Positions 1 to 12,868 are shown, counted from the stretch's first letter. The stretch is 57,374 bases of DNA from Macrostomum lignano (GCA_002269645.1 NIVC01002539.1:1-57374); one strand, 5' to 3'. The notes: generated from the letters alone by a model not told the origin. A program made the numbers and translations.

Positions 1-270
1 ATGTACATTTTTACATAACTAAATTCCTACATGTACATTATTTTCAGAATCGGTGTTGTCAGAGTTTATTTTGGCGTCGCGGGCACTCATTTTGGTGCCC
101 TGAAGCAAAATTATTGATTTCCATAACGGGTCCCAACCACAGGGTGGGTTGGGGAGACAAAGAATTGGCAAAAAACCATAGCTTCTACTCGGGGGGGGGG
201 GGGGGGGACATGTCATGTCCCCCCCGGTGGCCTTGCCCCTGGACATGTTGCAATGACCTGGATCACCTTT

Positions 271-560
271 GTGATGACCAACTCACTTGGGTGATGACCA
301 CCTCACTTGGGTAATGACCAACTCACTTGGGAAATGACCAACTCACTTGGGTAATGACCAACTCACTTGGGTAATGAACAACTCACTTGGGTAATGACCA
401 ACTCACTTGGGAAATGACCAACTCACTTGGGTAATGACCAACTCACTTGGGTAATGAACAACTCACTTGGGTAATGACCAACTCACTTGGGTAATGACCA
501 CCTCACTTGGGTAATGACCACCTCACTTGGGTAATGACCACCTCACTTGGGTAATGACCT
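271..560. repeat. 20-bp minisatellite (GATGACCAACTCACTTGGGT-like)
   Basis: About 14 tandem units with period 20, read directly. Confidence 0.95.
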
Positions 561-590
561 AATTAACGCGAGACAGCATGTGTGCACTTA

Positions 591-745
591 AGACTCATGC
601 ATTTAAGATGCGCGCTTGTGCCAGACTCATGCATTTAAGATGCGCGCTTGTGCCAGACTCATGCATTTAAGATGCGCGCTTGTGCCAGACTCATGCATTT
701 AAGATGCGCGCTTGTGCCAGACTCATGCATTTAAGATTCGCGCTT
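591..745. repeat. 32-bp minisatellite (AGACTCATGCATTTAAGATGCGCGCTTGTGCC)
   Basis: Unit starts at 591, 623, 655, 687 and 719. Confidence 0.95.
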
Positions 746-1344
746 AATATTGCGCCCCGGGTGCTGAAGTGCCGTGAGAACCCAAATAAACAATGAGCAA
801 AGAACACAAACGCGTCTCAATAAGCGAGTTTTAAGAGACGAAAAGGTTAGAAATACGCCGAGGGCACAACTTGCGCATAGATGCATCTATTTTTAACAAG
901 GAATAAATAATTCTTAAATAAATTAACTTCTAAAGCACACATGAACCTCAGCTGACTGCCAGCATGGCTTCAAAATAGCAGGTCTAGTTAAAATTTGCAT
1001 GATACATTAGCCATGCATCATAAATAACTGGGCAATTAAAAAATTAACCCATTCAAGCCTCATTAGGTGCTTCAACAAGTTTAACGTAAACGTAAAAACG
1101 AAATTAATATTATTGAAAAAATAGTTCGTTATAAACCTAATACTCGTAGCAAGACGAAAGAAACTAAAAGAAAACTAATTGAAGCATTAGGCGGAACTAA
1201 CAACATTAAGACATACAGATATATTGTAGCTAAATATGAGATTTCGTTCATACATCGGCAGATGCCTTTTGAAACAGAGATCGGAAAGCGTCTTCACATT
1301 TGCCATATGAGGTCAGGTAAAAAGACCAGTTCATGGCTGCAAGC

Positions 1345-3416
1345 CAGTGTGAGAAGAGGGGAGGGGAGAGAGGGAGGGGGAGGGAAGAGAGGAGAGTGGG
1401 GGGAGAAAGAGGGAGAGAGAGGAGAGGAGAGGGAAGGGAGAGAGGAGAGTGGAGGGGAGAAAGAGGGAGAGAGAGGAGAGGAGAGGGAAGGGAGAGAGGA
1501 GAGGAGGGGAGGGAAGAGAGGAGAGTGGAGGGGAGGAAGAGAGGAGAGTGGAGGGAGGGAGAGAGGAGAGGGGAGGGGAGGAAAGAGGGAGAGAGAGGAG
1601 AGGAGAGGAAGGGAGAGAGGAGAGTGGAGGGGAGAAAGAGGAGAGAGAGGAGAGGGGAGGGAAGGGGGAGAGAGGAGAGGGGAGGGAGGGAGAAGAGAGG
1701 AGAGTGGAGGGAGAAAGAGGGAGAGAGAGGAGAGAGGAGAGGGGAGGGAGGGAAGAGAGGAGAGGGGAGGGGAGAAAGAGGGAGAGAGAGAGGAGAGGGA
1801 GGGAAGGGGAGAGAGGAGAGTGGGAGGAGAAAGAGGGAGAGAGAGGAGAGGGAGGGAAGGGGAGAGGAGAGGGGAGGGGAGGGAAGAGAGGAGAGTGGAG
1901 GGGAGAAAGAGGGAGAGAGAGGAGAGAGGAGGGAAGGGGAGAGAGGAGAGGGGAGGGGAGGGAAGAGAGGAGAGTGGAGGGGAGAAAGAGGGAGAGAGAG
2001 GAGAGGGAGGGAAGGGGAGAGAGGAGAGGGGAGGGGAGGGAAGAGAGGAGAGTGGAGGGGAGGGAAGAGAGGAAAGTGAGGGAGGAAGAGAGGAAAGTGG
2101 AGGGGAGGGAGAGAGGAGAGTGGAGGGGAGGGAAGAGAGGAAAGTGGAGGGAGGAAGAGAGGAGAGTGGAGGGAGGGAAGAGAGAGAGTGGAGGAGAAAA
2201 GGAGAGGAGAGAGAGGAGAGTGGAGGGGAGGGAAGAGAGGAAAGTGGAGGGGAGGAGAGAGGAGAGTGGAGGGGAGGGAAGAGAGGAGAGTGGAGGGGAG
2301 AAAGAGGGAGAGAGAGGAGAGGAGAGGGAAGGGGAGAGAGGAGAGTGGAGGGGAGAAAGAGGGAGAGAGAGGAGAGGAGAGGGAAGGGGAGAGAGGAGAG
2401 GGGGGGAGGGAAGAGAGGAGAGTGGAGGGAGGAAAGAGGAAAGTGGAGGGGAGGGAAGAGAGGAGAGTGGAGGGGAGGAAGAGAGGAGAGTGGAGGGGAG
2501 GGAAGAGAGGAGAGTGGAGGGAGGGAAGAGAGGAGAGTGGAGGGAGGGAAGAGAGGAGAGTGGAGGGGAGGGAAGAGAGGAGAGTGGAGGGGAGGGAAGA
2601 GAGGAGAGTGGAGGGGAGGGAAGAGAGGAAAGTGGAGGGGAGGGAAGAGAGGAAAGTGGAGGGGAGAAAGAGGGAGAGAGAGGAGAGTGGAGGGGAGGGA
2701 AGAGAGGAGAGTGGAGGGGAGAAAGAGGGAGAGAGAGGAGAGGAGAGGGAAGGGGAGAGAGGAGAGTGGAGGGGAGAAAGAGGGAGAGAGAGGAGAGGAG
2801 AGGGAAGGGGAGAGAGGAGAGTGGAGGGGAGAAAGAGGGAGAGAGAGGAGAGGAGAGGGAAGGGGAGAGAGGAGAGTGGAGGGGAGGGAAGAGAGGAGAG
2901 TGGAGGGGAGGTAAGAGAGGAAAGTGGAGGGGAGGGAAGAGAGGAGAGTGGAGGGGAGGGAAGAGAGGAGAGTGGAGGGGAGGGAAGAGAGAGAGAGTGG
3001 AGGGGAGGGAAGAGAGGAGAGTGGAGGGGAGGGAAGAGAGGAAAGTGGAGGGGAGGGAAGAGAGGAAAGTGGAGGGGAGGGAAGAGAGGAGAGTGGAGGG
3101 GAGGGAAGAGAGGAGAGTGGAGGGGAGGGAAGAGAGGAGAGTGGAGGGGAGAAAGAGGGAGAGAGAGGAGAGGAGAGGGAAGGGGAGAGAGGAGAGTGGA
3201 GGGGAGAAAGAGGGAGAGAGATGAGAGGAGAGGGAAGGGGAGAGAGGAGAGTGGAGGGGAGAAAGAGGGAGAGAGAGGAGAGGAGAGGGAAGGGGAGAGA
3301 GGAGAGGGGAGGGGAGAAAGAGGGAGAGAGAGAAGAGGGGAGGGGAGGGGAGAGAGGAGAGGGGAGGGGAGAAAGAGGGAGAGAGAGGAGAGGGGAGGGG
3401 AGGGGAGAGAGGATAG
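1345..3416. repeat. ~2.1-kb polypurine (GA-rich) low-complexity tract
   Basis: Plus strand is almost only G and A, with recurring GAGAGGAGAGTGGAGGGGAG motifs. It produces the spurious E/R/G and S/P/L ORFs. Confidence 0.95.
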
Positions 3417-3681
3417 AGGCTTGACTTAGTTATAGGGGGCATCGTTCGGCGGATGCAGCGAGGAGGCGGAGAGAGGGGAGGGGAGGGAGGAGGGGGAGAA
3501 GAGAGCAAAGACACAAACCCCGAACAGGCCGGACAGAGGCTTCGCGGGGCCTGATTAAAAGTCTTTTTATAACACAATTTAATAGATTTGAAAACGAAAT
3601 CAAACGAAAAAAGGGCCAGAGTCGAATAAGCAAAGGTTAGGGCTCGAAAAGTTTAGCGAGGTTATAAAAAATTAAATTAAT

Positions 3682-3687
3682 TTTATT
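3682..3687 (-). terminator. Putative AATAAA polyadenylation signal of the malic enzyme gene
   Basis: TTTATT on the plus strand about 60 nt beyond the TAA stop. Confidence 0.5.
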
Positions 3688-3747
3688 AAGAAACTACTTG
3701 TGAGTAGTTTTCTTAAATAGTATAAATCGAAAATGACAACCATTATC

Positions 3748-6700
3748 TTAGACAGCTTTGCAGTGATCGGCCGGCCAGTCGTACGGCTCGGGCACAATGT
3801 CTGGGTAATCTGTCCGGTACACTCGGTCGCTGATGTAGGCCGGCAGGTCAGGAGGAGCCTGGCCAATACCGGCTAGGCCGTGGCGCAGGGCGTGCTCAGC
3901 TACTTTGACGGCGATCTCCAGACTGACTGCCTGAATGTCAGCCAGAGGCGGGTACAGGCGGCCCTCGGCCAGGTGCTGGTCGGTGACCAGGCCGGCTAGG
4001 GTCTGCGCGGCGCGGAGGAACACCTTGTCCGTGATTGGCCGGATTCCGCAGGCCACGATGGCCAGGGCTACGCCAGGAAAGATGTAGGCATTGTTGCCCT
4101 GGCCCGGGTAGAGCACAGTGCCATTGTCCAGCTTCACTGGGCCGAATGGCGAGCCTGCGGCGGGTGCGGCGCTTTGGCTGATTAGCATTTTGACACATAA
4201 ATATGAAGGGTGGAAGCCGAGGGGCTGGAGGGGCTGGCAGCTGAGGCACTGGGGGAGGAGAGGATGGCAGCTGAGGCACTGGGAGAGGAGGGGCTGGCAG
4301 CTGAGGCACTGGGAGAGTAGGGGCTGGCAGCTGAGGCACTGGGGGAGGAGGGGCTGGCAGCTGAGGCACTGGGAGAGTAGGGGCTGGCAGCTGAGGCACT
4401 GGGAGAGGAGGGGCTGGCAGCTGAGGCACTGGGGGAGGAGAGGCTGGCAGCTGAGGCACTGGGGGAGGAGGGGCTGGCAGCTGAGGCACTGGGAGAGGAG
4501 GGGCTGGCAGCTGAGGCACTGGGAGAGGAGGGGCTGGTAGCTGAGGCACTGGGAGAGTAGGGGCTGGCAGTTGAGGCACTGGGAGAGGAGGGGCTGGTAG
4601 CTGAGGCACTGGGAGAGTAGGGGCTGGCAGTTGAGGCACTGGGAGAGGAGAGGCTGGCAGCTGAGGCACTGGGAGAGGAGAGGCTGGCAGCTGAGGCACT
4701 GGGAGAGGAGAGGCTGGCAGCTGAGACACTGGGAGAGTAGGGGCTGGCAGCTGAGGCACTGGGAGAGGAGGGGCTGGCAGCTGAGGCACTGGGAGAGGAG
4801 GGGCTGGCAGCTGAGGCACTGGGAGAGGAGAGGCTGGCAGCTGAGGCACTGGGAGAGGAGGGGCTGGCAGCTGAGGCACTGGGAGAGGAGGTTAATCAGA
4901 ATAAAAGTGCAGAGCGTCAGGCACAGACCGGAGGCGAAGATGGCACGGCCGCCGGTGTGCTTGTAGGCCTCTTCGGCGGTGCACTCGGCCTGGGAGGTCG
5001 GGTTGCTCAACGCGAACACGATGGGGCGATCGTTGAGCTGCCCCATCTCCTGCAGCAGCTCGGGCGTGAAGGTGCCAGGCACTGCCGCGGCGCCAATGAT
5101 GCCAGTGGGCTTGACAAGGCGCACGCACTCCAGCAGGCTAGGCGTGTCCGGCAGGTCCTTGGCGAACTCCTGCTTGTGGCCGGACAGGCCCGACCGCGTC
5201 TTGGTGATCAGACCCTGCCAGGGTTGTCGGGCTGACTCAGTCACTGCTCTAACTCGTAGTAACACTTCTCTACCTGGGAGTGACACTTTTCTTACTGGGA
5301 GTGACACTTCTCTACCTGGGAGTGACACTTTTCTTACTGGGAGTGACACTTCTCTAACTGGGAGTGACACTTCTCTAACTGGGAGTGACACTTTTCTAAC
5401 TGGGAGTGACACTTTTCTAACTGGGAGTGACACTTTTCTTACTGGGAGTGACACTTCTCTAACTGGGAGTGACACTTTTCTAACTGGGAGTGACACTTTT
5501 CTAACTGGGAGTGACACTTTTCTTACTGGGAGTGACACTTCTCTAACTGGGAGTGACACTTTTCTAACTGGGAGTGACACTTTTCTAACTGGGAGTGACA
5601 CTTTTCTTACTGGGAGTGACACTTTTCTAACTGGGAGTGACACTTCTCTAACTGAGAGTGACACTTTTCTAACTGGGAGTGACACTTTTCTAACTGGGAG
5701 TGACACTTTTCTAACTGGGAGTGACACTTTTCTAACTGAGAGTGACACTTTTCTAACTGGGAGTGACACTTTTCTAACTGGGAGTGACACTTTTCTAACT
5801 GGGAGTGACACTTTTCTAACTGGGAGTGACACTTTTCTAACTGGGAGTGACACTTTTCTAACTGAGAGTGACACTTTTCTAACTGGGAGTGACACTTTTC
5901 TAACTGGGAGTGACACTTTTCTAACTGGGAGTGACACTTTTCTAACTGGGAGTGACACTTTTCTAACTGAGAGCGACACTTTTCTAACTGGGAGTGACAC
6001 TTTTCTAACTGGGAGTGACACTTTTCTAACTGGGAGTGACACTTTTCTAACTGGGAGTGACACTTTTCTAACTGGGAGTGACACTTTTCTAACTGGGAGT
6101 GACACTTCTCTACCTGGGAGTGACACTTTTCTTACTGGGAGTGACACTTTTCTAACTGGGAGTGACACTTTTCTAACTGGGAGTGACACTTCTCTACCTG
6201 GGAGTGACACTTTTCTTACTGGGAGTGACACTTTTCTAACTGGGAGTGACACTTTTCTTACTGAGAGTGACACTTCTCTAATTCGAAAGGACTTTTCTAA
6301 TTCGTAGTCACACTTCTCTAATTCGGAGTGACGCCTCCAATTCGGAGTCCAATTCCGAAGATCGGAGTGAGTGACACAAAAATTCAAGGTCAGCGACAAT
6401 TTTCCAAAGAATACCCAGACTATACAAAACAACAGCAACATCAAAACAAAGTATGCTCACCTTGCTATCCACCATAAAAATCTTCTTAAGTCCCTCCTCC
6501 CTCTGCATGCCCTCCTCCTGCATTGCCTCCAGAATGAGCTTGGCGATGCCAATGTTGGCCTCCCCGGCGCCCTGGAACAGGAACACGTTGTCCGAAACGC
6601 GCTTCTTGGTCACTCGGACAGCGGCCAGCAGGCCGGCCACGGCCACCGAAGCCGTGCCTGTGGATTTCGGAAGGGTGGCAACAGGTGCTGAGCTGCATTC

Positions 6701-9289
6701 TACCGTCTCTCCCTGCATTCCATCGTCTCTCTCTGCATTCCATTCTATCGTCTCTCCCTGCATTCCATCGTCTCTCTCTGCATTCCATCGTCTCTCTCTG
6801 CATTCCATCGTCTCTCTCTGCATTCCATCGTCTCTCTCTGCATTCTATCGTCTCTCCCTGCATTCCACCGTCTCCCTCTGCATTCCACCGTCTCTCCTTG
6901 CATTCCATCGTCTCTCCCTGCATTCCATCGTCTCTCCCTGCATTCCACCGTCTCTCCTTGCATTCCATCGTCTCTCCCTGCATTCCACCGTCTCCCTCTG
7001 CATTCCACCGTCTCTCCTTGCATTCCATCGTCTCTCCCTGCATTCCACCGTCTCTCCCTGCATTCCACCGTCTCTCCTTGCATTCCATCGTCTCCCTCTG
7101 CATTCCATCGTCTCTCCCTGCATTCCACCGTCTCTCTCTGCATTCCACCGTCTCTCCTTGCATTCCATCGTCTCCCTCTGCATTCCATAGTCTCTCCCTG
7201 CATTCTATCGTCTCTCTCTGCATTCCATCGTCTCCCTCTGCATTCCATAGTCTCTCCCTGCATTCTATCGTCTCTCTCTGCATTCCATCGTCTCCCTCTG
7301 CATTCTATCGTCTGTCCCTGCATTCTATCGTCTCTCCCTGCATTCTATCGTCTCCATCTGTATTCTATCGTCTCCCTGCATTCCACCGTCTCTCCCTGCA
7401 TTCCACCGTCTCTCCTTGCATTCCATCGTCTCCCTCTGCATTCCATCGTCTCTCCCTGCATTCCACCGTCTCTCCTTGCATTCCATCGTCTCTCCCTGCA
7501 TTCCATTCTATCGTCTCTCCCTGCATTCCACCGTCTCTCCCTGCATTCCTTCGTCTCTCCCTGCATTCTATCGTCTCTCCCTGCATTCTACCGTCTCTCC
7601 CTGCATTCCACCGTCTCTCCCTGTATTCCATCGTCTCTCCCTGCATTCCATTCTATCGTCTCTCCCTGCATTCCACCGTCTCTCCCTGCATTCCTTCGTC
7701 TCTCCCTGCATTCTATCGTCTCTCCCTGCATTCTACCGTCTCTCCCTGCATTCCTTCGTCTCTCCCTGCATTCTATCGTCTCTCCCTGCATTCTACCGTC
7801 TCCCCCTGCATTCTACTGCGTCTCACCCTTAACACTATCGTCTTGCCAACAGTTTTATCTACTCACTCAGCCTTTATTCGATTGTAGCACCCTTTATTCT
7901 ACCATACATCCTTCGTTCATTCTATCTCTTATTCTATCTTTCATTCTAGTTCTAGCCATCATTCTACCCCCTCATCCTAGCCCCTTGAATCGCCCGAGCA
8001 CTGAATCCTGGATCCCAGCCGTCAGCGGACCAGCCATGCCCTCACCCTGGATGTCATCGTTGAACACGCAATAGTCGTAGCGGTACTTCTCCAAGAATCT
8101 GAACGCATTGGCGTTGCCGAAATCCTCGAACTGCACGAGGCAGCTGCGGCCGTAGGTCCTCACCACGGCTTGCATGAAGGCGTCAATGAATTCATCGTAC
8201 TCGGCGCCGCGGACCCTCGGCATGCGCAGGCCGCTGTACATGGAGTCGCTGACCAGCTCTTTGCGGTTGCAGCCAACGTCCAGCGCGATGGGCAGGCAGT
8301 TGCTGGGGTTGACGCCGGCCAGGGCCGTATACAGGCTGAGCTTGCCAACCGGGATGCCCATGCCGTTCGTGCCCAGATCGCCCAGGCCAAGGATTCGCTC
8401 GCCGTCTGTCACCACGATGGCGCGGATGTCGTTCTCCGGCCAGTTGCGCAGAATTTTATCGATGTTGTCCTTGTCGAATATGGTGATGTACAGCCCGCTG
8501 CGGGTTGCGGTGCATTGGGGCCTCAAGGCCGATAGGAAATACCTTCCTATATAGGAGATAGTAGATACCCTCCGTTATGGGAACTACCCCCCGGTGTGGG
8601 AAATACCCTTCGATTTGAGAAATATCTTCCGGTATGAAAAATTCCCTTCGATCTGGGAACTGCCCTCCGTTCTGAAAAATACCCTCCGGTATGGGAAATA
8701 CCCTCCGACATGGGAAATACCCTTTGATTTGGTAAATACCCTTCGATATGAAAAATACCCTCTGACGTGGGAAATACCCTCCGATGGATTAGAGAAACGA
8801 ATAGGAGAGACACAGAGTCACAGTGAAAGCAACAGATTCAGACAAATATCCTAGTAGCTCAACTAACCGCGGCCGGCGAAAGATGTGGCCGAACTTCTGG
8901 CAGGCGAGGCCAACGGTGGGCGTGTAAATGAGCGGCATGGCCTCTTCAACGCTCTCGGACAGGTAACGATAGAACAGCCGCTCGTTCCTGTCCTGCAGAG
9001 ACATCAAGTAGATGTACTTATTCAGCGGATCCTCGTAGCGCTGCAGGTTGTAGCGAATGCGCTCCAGCTGGCTCTCCTGGGTCTTCACTGAGGGCGGCAG
9101 CAGGCCGTGGATGTTGAGCACCTGGCGCTCGCGCAGAGTGAAGGCCTGGCCGCGGTTGGTGCGCGGGTCTCGCAGCACGTCGATGCCGCGGGCCCGCCTG
9201 GCCAGGCTGGCGAACGGGTCGTGGGTGGCGGATTTTCGGCCGGGGCCGCTGAGTGCGCGCCGGCTCAGGTGGCTGACAATGGACTGCAT
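3748..9289 (-). CDS. ME: Malic enzyme (NAD(P)-dependent malate dehydrogenase, decarboxylating), 5 coding exons, 587 aa
   Basis: Exons 9289-8868, 8497-8046, 6657-6461, 5214-4929, 4154-3748, all GT-AG, total 1764 nt. Junctions rebuild family motifs RRPR|GLYIT, FNDDIQG|TASV, MVDSK|GLIT and IFASG|SPF. Also [42 protein letters not shown] and [12 protein letters not shown]. The Arg/Ser-rich N-terminus resembles a mitochondrial transit peptide (inference). Confidence 0.96.
4228..4891. repeat. 30-bp minisatellite in malic enzyme intron 4
   Basis: Unit GGCTGGCAGCTGAGGCACTGGGAGAGGAGG. Confidence 0.95.
5262..6320. repeat. 21-bp minisatellite in malic enzyme intron 3
   Basis: Unit TTCTAACTGGGAGTGACACTT, about 50 copies. 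Confidence 0.95.
6693..7820. repeat. ~20-bp minisatellite in malic enzyme intron 2
   Basis: Unit CTGCATTCCATCGTCTCTCC with variants. Confidence 0.95.
8535..8785. repeat. Degenerate ~19-bp tandem repeat in malic enzyme intron 1
   Basis: Recurring GGAAATACCCTYCGRYATG-like units. Confidence 0.8.
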
Positions 9290-9788
9290 TACTGCACTGC
9301 TGCTGCTGCGGGCTGCAGGCGATTCTAGGCAGGTAAGCCAGGCGAGCTGTCTATATTTGAAAAGTACATTTACAAATGGTACCTTACTATAGTATTGGCA
9401 ATAATATTTGCATGAAGGCTGCGGGTCAGCGCCAATATTGTACGCAGGCACACACTCCTACACACGCTCACGCAAGATGTACAGTGGCCCGAACTTTCTA
9501 ATACAAGGCTTCTAATAATAAGGCTTCTAATTTCTAATAAAGGCAAGGTTAAGATCCCAATACCTAATCTTAATCTTATCCTAAGATCTTAGATATAATT
9601 GGCTACAACTCTCTATTTTGGCCAAGAGTCAAACTGTGCTAGATACTAGATAGTTTTCAAGATTTAAAAGCATACTAGACACTAAAATAGCCTAACTGAT
9701 AAGTATATGGTATACACTTATCAGCCTATAGTTAGGCCTATGCCAAGCATTTTTTCTATGCCAAAGATTGCTACCTATTGAAACAATG

Positions 9789-10232
9789 CAGTGGCTGCGC
9801 AGTATCTCTAGTTGGGGGGGGGGGGGCAGTAGTTAGGTGGTCACCCCCTTCCCCTACCAATCAAAATTAAACAAAAAACATTTGGATTTGTTTTTCAAAC
9901 ACAAATTTTCTAATAAAGTAAAAATTATGAACAAATTATGATACACTTCCGACAAAATGAATGTGCAACATGAAAATTCTTATAAAAATGCATTTTTAAT
10001 CATTGATACAAGTTACATAGAAGGGGGTGACCATCTGCCCTCCCTTCCTAGGGTGTTTTTAAGGGCTGTGGAGATGGTGAGGTGGTCACCCCCTTGAGGC
10101 AGTGACCTGTGGTTACCCAGGGGCAGCTGCCCCCCACCCCCTTTGTGTCCCCCCCCCTATTGGAATAAGTTTCAAAAACCAGCGGACATGCGACACGGGT
10201 GCCAAAATTGTGCCCCCCCTGCGCTACCACTG
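9789..10232. mobile_element. Non-autonomous hAT-type MITE (444 bp)
   Basis: Termini CAGTGGCTGCGCAG ... CTGCGCTACCACTG (imperfect TIR) flanked by an exact 8-bp TSD AAACAATG (9781-9788 and 10233-10240). Internal inverted GGTGGTCACCCCCT motifs. Confidence 0.85.
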
Positions 10233-12223
10233 AAACAATGCTTGGTTACAGTAGAATAGGCTTAGGATCACTAATAAATAGACAATTATTAAAAATAGCA
10301 TTATAAATTTTTCTAGAAAATAGTTAAAAGATATTAGCATATTATTATTATAGTAATAATTAACTCTTATTTAGAAATTAAAACTTAAAAAATTGAATTC
10401 CTTGTTCAATTCTAAGCAAATGAATGATATTATAATAGCCTCTAAGCTTGCAAACACCAATTGATAAATAAGGATATCAGGATGTTGATAAAAATATTTA
10501 TTTACACTTGAATTTTCATGGGGGTCTAGGCCTAGTTGTTAAGTGGGAATTTGTATTTATTTATTATACTAAGAAAAGCAATAGTCAAGCCAGTATTTTG
10601 GAGGGGATAGTGCGCCAGTGTTTGACAGTATGCTGTGTACATTCAAATAGACTAAAAATCTAGAAGAGAGCAAATAGTGGCTATCATGTGAATAATAGAC
10701 GAATAGTGTGATAGGCCACCCTCTCCTGGCTGCGCTACTTGTACTAAGCGTTTTCAATCAGTAGGACAGTATAGAAAAGTAAGTGAAACATTGCTGTCAG
10801 TTGAAAATTAACTAATGAATTTAGTTGCATACAAAAAAGCTGCTGGGTGAGAGCTGGCTATGAAAGAAGAAAAGTACGAGCACTTAGGGAGACTAGAAAG
10901 AAATTTGTGGAGGTCGGAGGATTTAGCTAGATCCAACAATTGCAAAGACGGTGAAAATGCTTTTGGCCCCAGCTGAGGGGGCGATGACCCCCCCCCTTGG
11001 TCCTGCCTCTATTCGCCAATGCACTGATTAAACATGTTGAACATGTAAGGAAAGGTCGATGTTACGAGCTAGTTTTTATTGCTAAAGCAGACTTTCTTGC
11101 AAAATACGAAAGTTAAAAACTTCATCGTATAACGTTTGTTTTAGTTAAACAAATACAATTGTATAAAAGTTGAACAGAAAAAAATAATCTTTTCTTTATC
11201 TAATTTTTTTAAAAATTAACTCAACAAGCATATATTCTTTATATGATTTACAATATAAAGATAAATCATTAGCTTGACACGAAAACCCAAATTTGAAGTT
11301 TTTAATTTCTTCGAAAGGTTATCTTTCAGATTAACTTGATACATTGCTCATCGATCATGGTGGCTGCATGTCAAAGTGGTAATGTCAAAATGATTACAAA
11401 TATTTCATGGACGTCTTGAATAAAATAAGGAGCCTCGTCTAATTTATCCTGCTTCTGAATACTAATAAATGTGTATATTGATATATTAATATATATTATA
11501 TATTATCAATGTTAATGCTATGAAGCTGAGGTCAAGCTGACTCAGCTGAGGTATCAGCTGAGGTCAAGAATATGCCTGGTCTCTCAAACAGAAAAGCATC
11601 CCTCAAACAGTGCCTGGCCCCACCTCAAATTCACTAGCTAATTTTACTTCAATTTTACTTTGGGCTGCCAGTATTACAGCAGTTGTTAAGCAGTAGCAAA
11701 CCTAGAAATATTTTTTTAATATTGCAATTGCAACTAACAAACTAGATAATTATCATTATTCATGATGTTTATAACCTCATGATGTGATTTAAGAATTAAT
11801 AAATACTAAGGGTTTCCTATATTAATGCATTTCAAACAATGCTATTCTAATAGCTATACAGAAAAAAAAAACTATAAATCTCTTTAGAAAAAACTTTTTT
11901 ATTTTGTGCCCTAAATAATTGACTCATAGTTGTGTCAATGAGAATCTTGACTGGCATAAACATTTAATCTTTTAGTTCACAAAGGCCTAACATTTCCATA
12001 CATTTACTAGAATTTATTTAATCATATAGCTCTAAACAGAAAGTTTTTTTGTGTTGCTAACATACTAATTAATAAAATTTTCTTAACATTAACTCCTTCA
12101 TTTGCCTAAGCTGATAGAGACAAAAATGTAGAGACATTATAGAGACATGGTATAAATTTTATCCTTGCAGCTTGCATCTTACATTCAATAAAGTTTTTTA
12201 AAATAATTAAGTTTATTTGCTGC

Positions 12224-12868
12224 ATGCGTGCGGCAAAGCTCATTCTAGTGGCCATAGTGCCAATCGCTCTGTGCCTGCAGCTGCAGCGAGTGCTCCTGTC
12301 TGCTCAGCCTGCCATTGATGAGGCGCTGCTTCACACCGTGGCCAGGAAGCACGCGGTGCAGCTGCTCAGCATCGAGCGGGCCTACAAAGCTGTGGTGACC
12401 GATCTCGAGGCCAATTTCCCAGCTGTGAGATTCCTGCCTCCGGAGCGGCGAGAATGGATCTTCATCAACGCTGGAGGCTGGATGGGGGCCGTACACCTGT
12501 TGTACGCCTCCTTCACCGAGTACGTGCTGCTGTTTGGCACCGCTGTGGACACCAGCGGCCACTCCGGACGCTACTTTGCCAACGTGTCCGACACGCTTCT
12601 GTCCGGCAGCTTCGTCCAGTGGAAGGAGGGCAGTTTGGACACGAACAGCTACAAGGCTGGGGACACCGTGTACCACACTTGGGGCGAGGCCACTGCTGTA
12701 CAGTGGTCTGGCGGCACCTGGATGGTCGAATATGGCCGCGGCCTGCTGCCAACCACCCTGCCGTTCGCGCTGGCTGACTCTGTGTTTTCCACTCTTGACT
12801 GGTACTCTGCTTATAAGCTTGTGCGGCTGTACTGCTTGGCACTACTACGTTGCTATGGGCTGATGTAG
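12224..12868 (+). CDS. SIGMAR1: Sigma-1 receptor / ERG2 (C-8 sterol isomerase) family protein, 214 aa, intronless
   Basis: N-terminal hydrophobic segment, then WIFINAGGWMGA, LYASFTEYVLLFGT, GHSGRY, SDTLLSG, WMVEYGRG (ligand-binding Glu) and FALADSVFST. Confidence 0.95.
   Translation: MRAAKLILVAIVPIALCLQLQRVLLSAQPAIDEALLHTVARKHAVQLLSIERAYKAVVTDLEANFPAVRFLPPERREWIFINAGGWMGAVHLLYASFTEYVLLFGTAVDTSGHSGRYFANVSDTLLSGSFVQWKEGSLDTNSYKAGDTVYHTWGEATAVQWSGGTWMVEYGRGLLPTTLPFALADSVFSTLDWYSAYKLVRLYCLALLRCYGLM

Noticed and set aside
1262-3577. Long E/R/G-rich and S/P/L-rich ORFs (up to 748 aa)
   Set aside because: Translation of a polypurine tract, which lacks stop codons by composition.
3748-6444. 898-aa ORF as a single CDS
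   Set aside because: It is malic enzyme exons 4-5 plus satellite-filled introns; GT-AG splicing restores the conserved motifs.
9331-9338. Strong plus-strand donor AG|GTAAGC as a possible SIGMAR1 5'UTR exon
   Set aside because: No supporting evidence beyond the motif, and it overlaps the malic enzyme upstream region.
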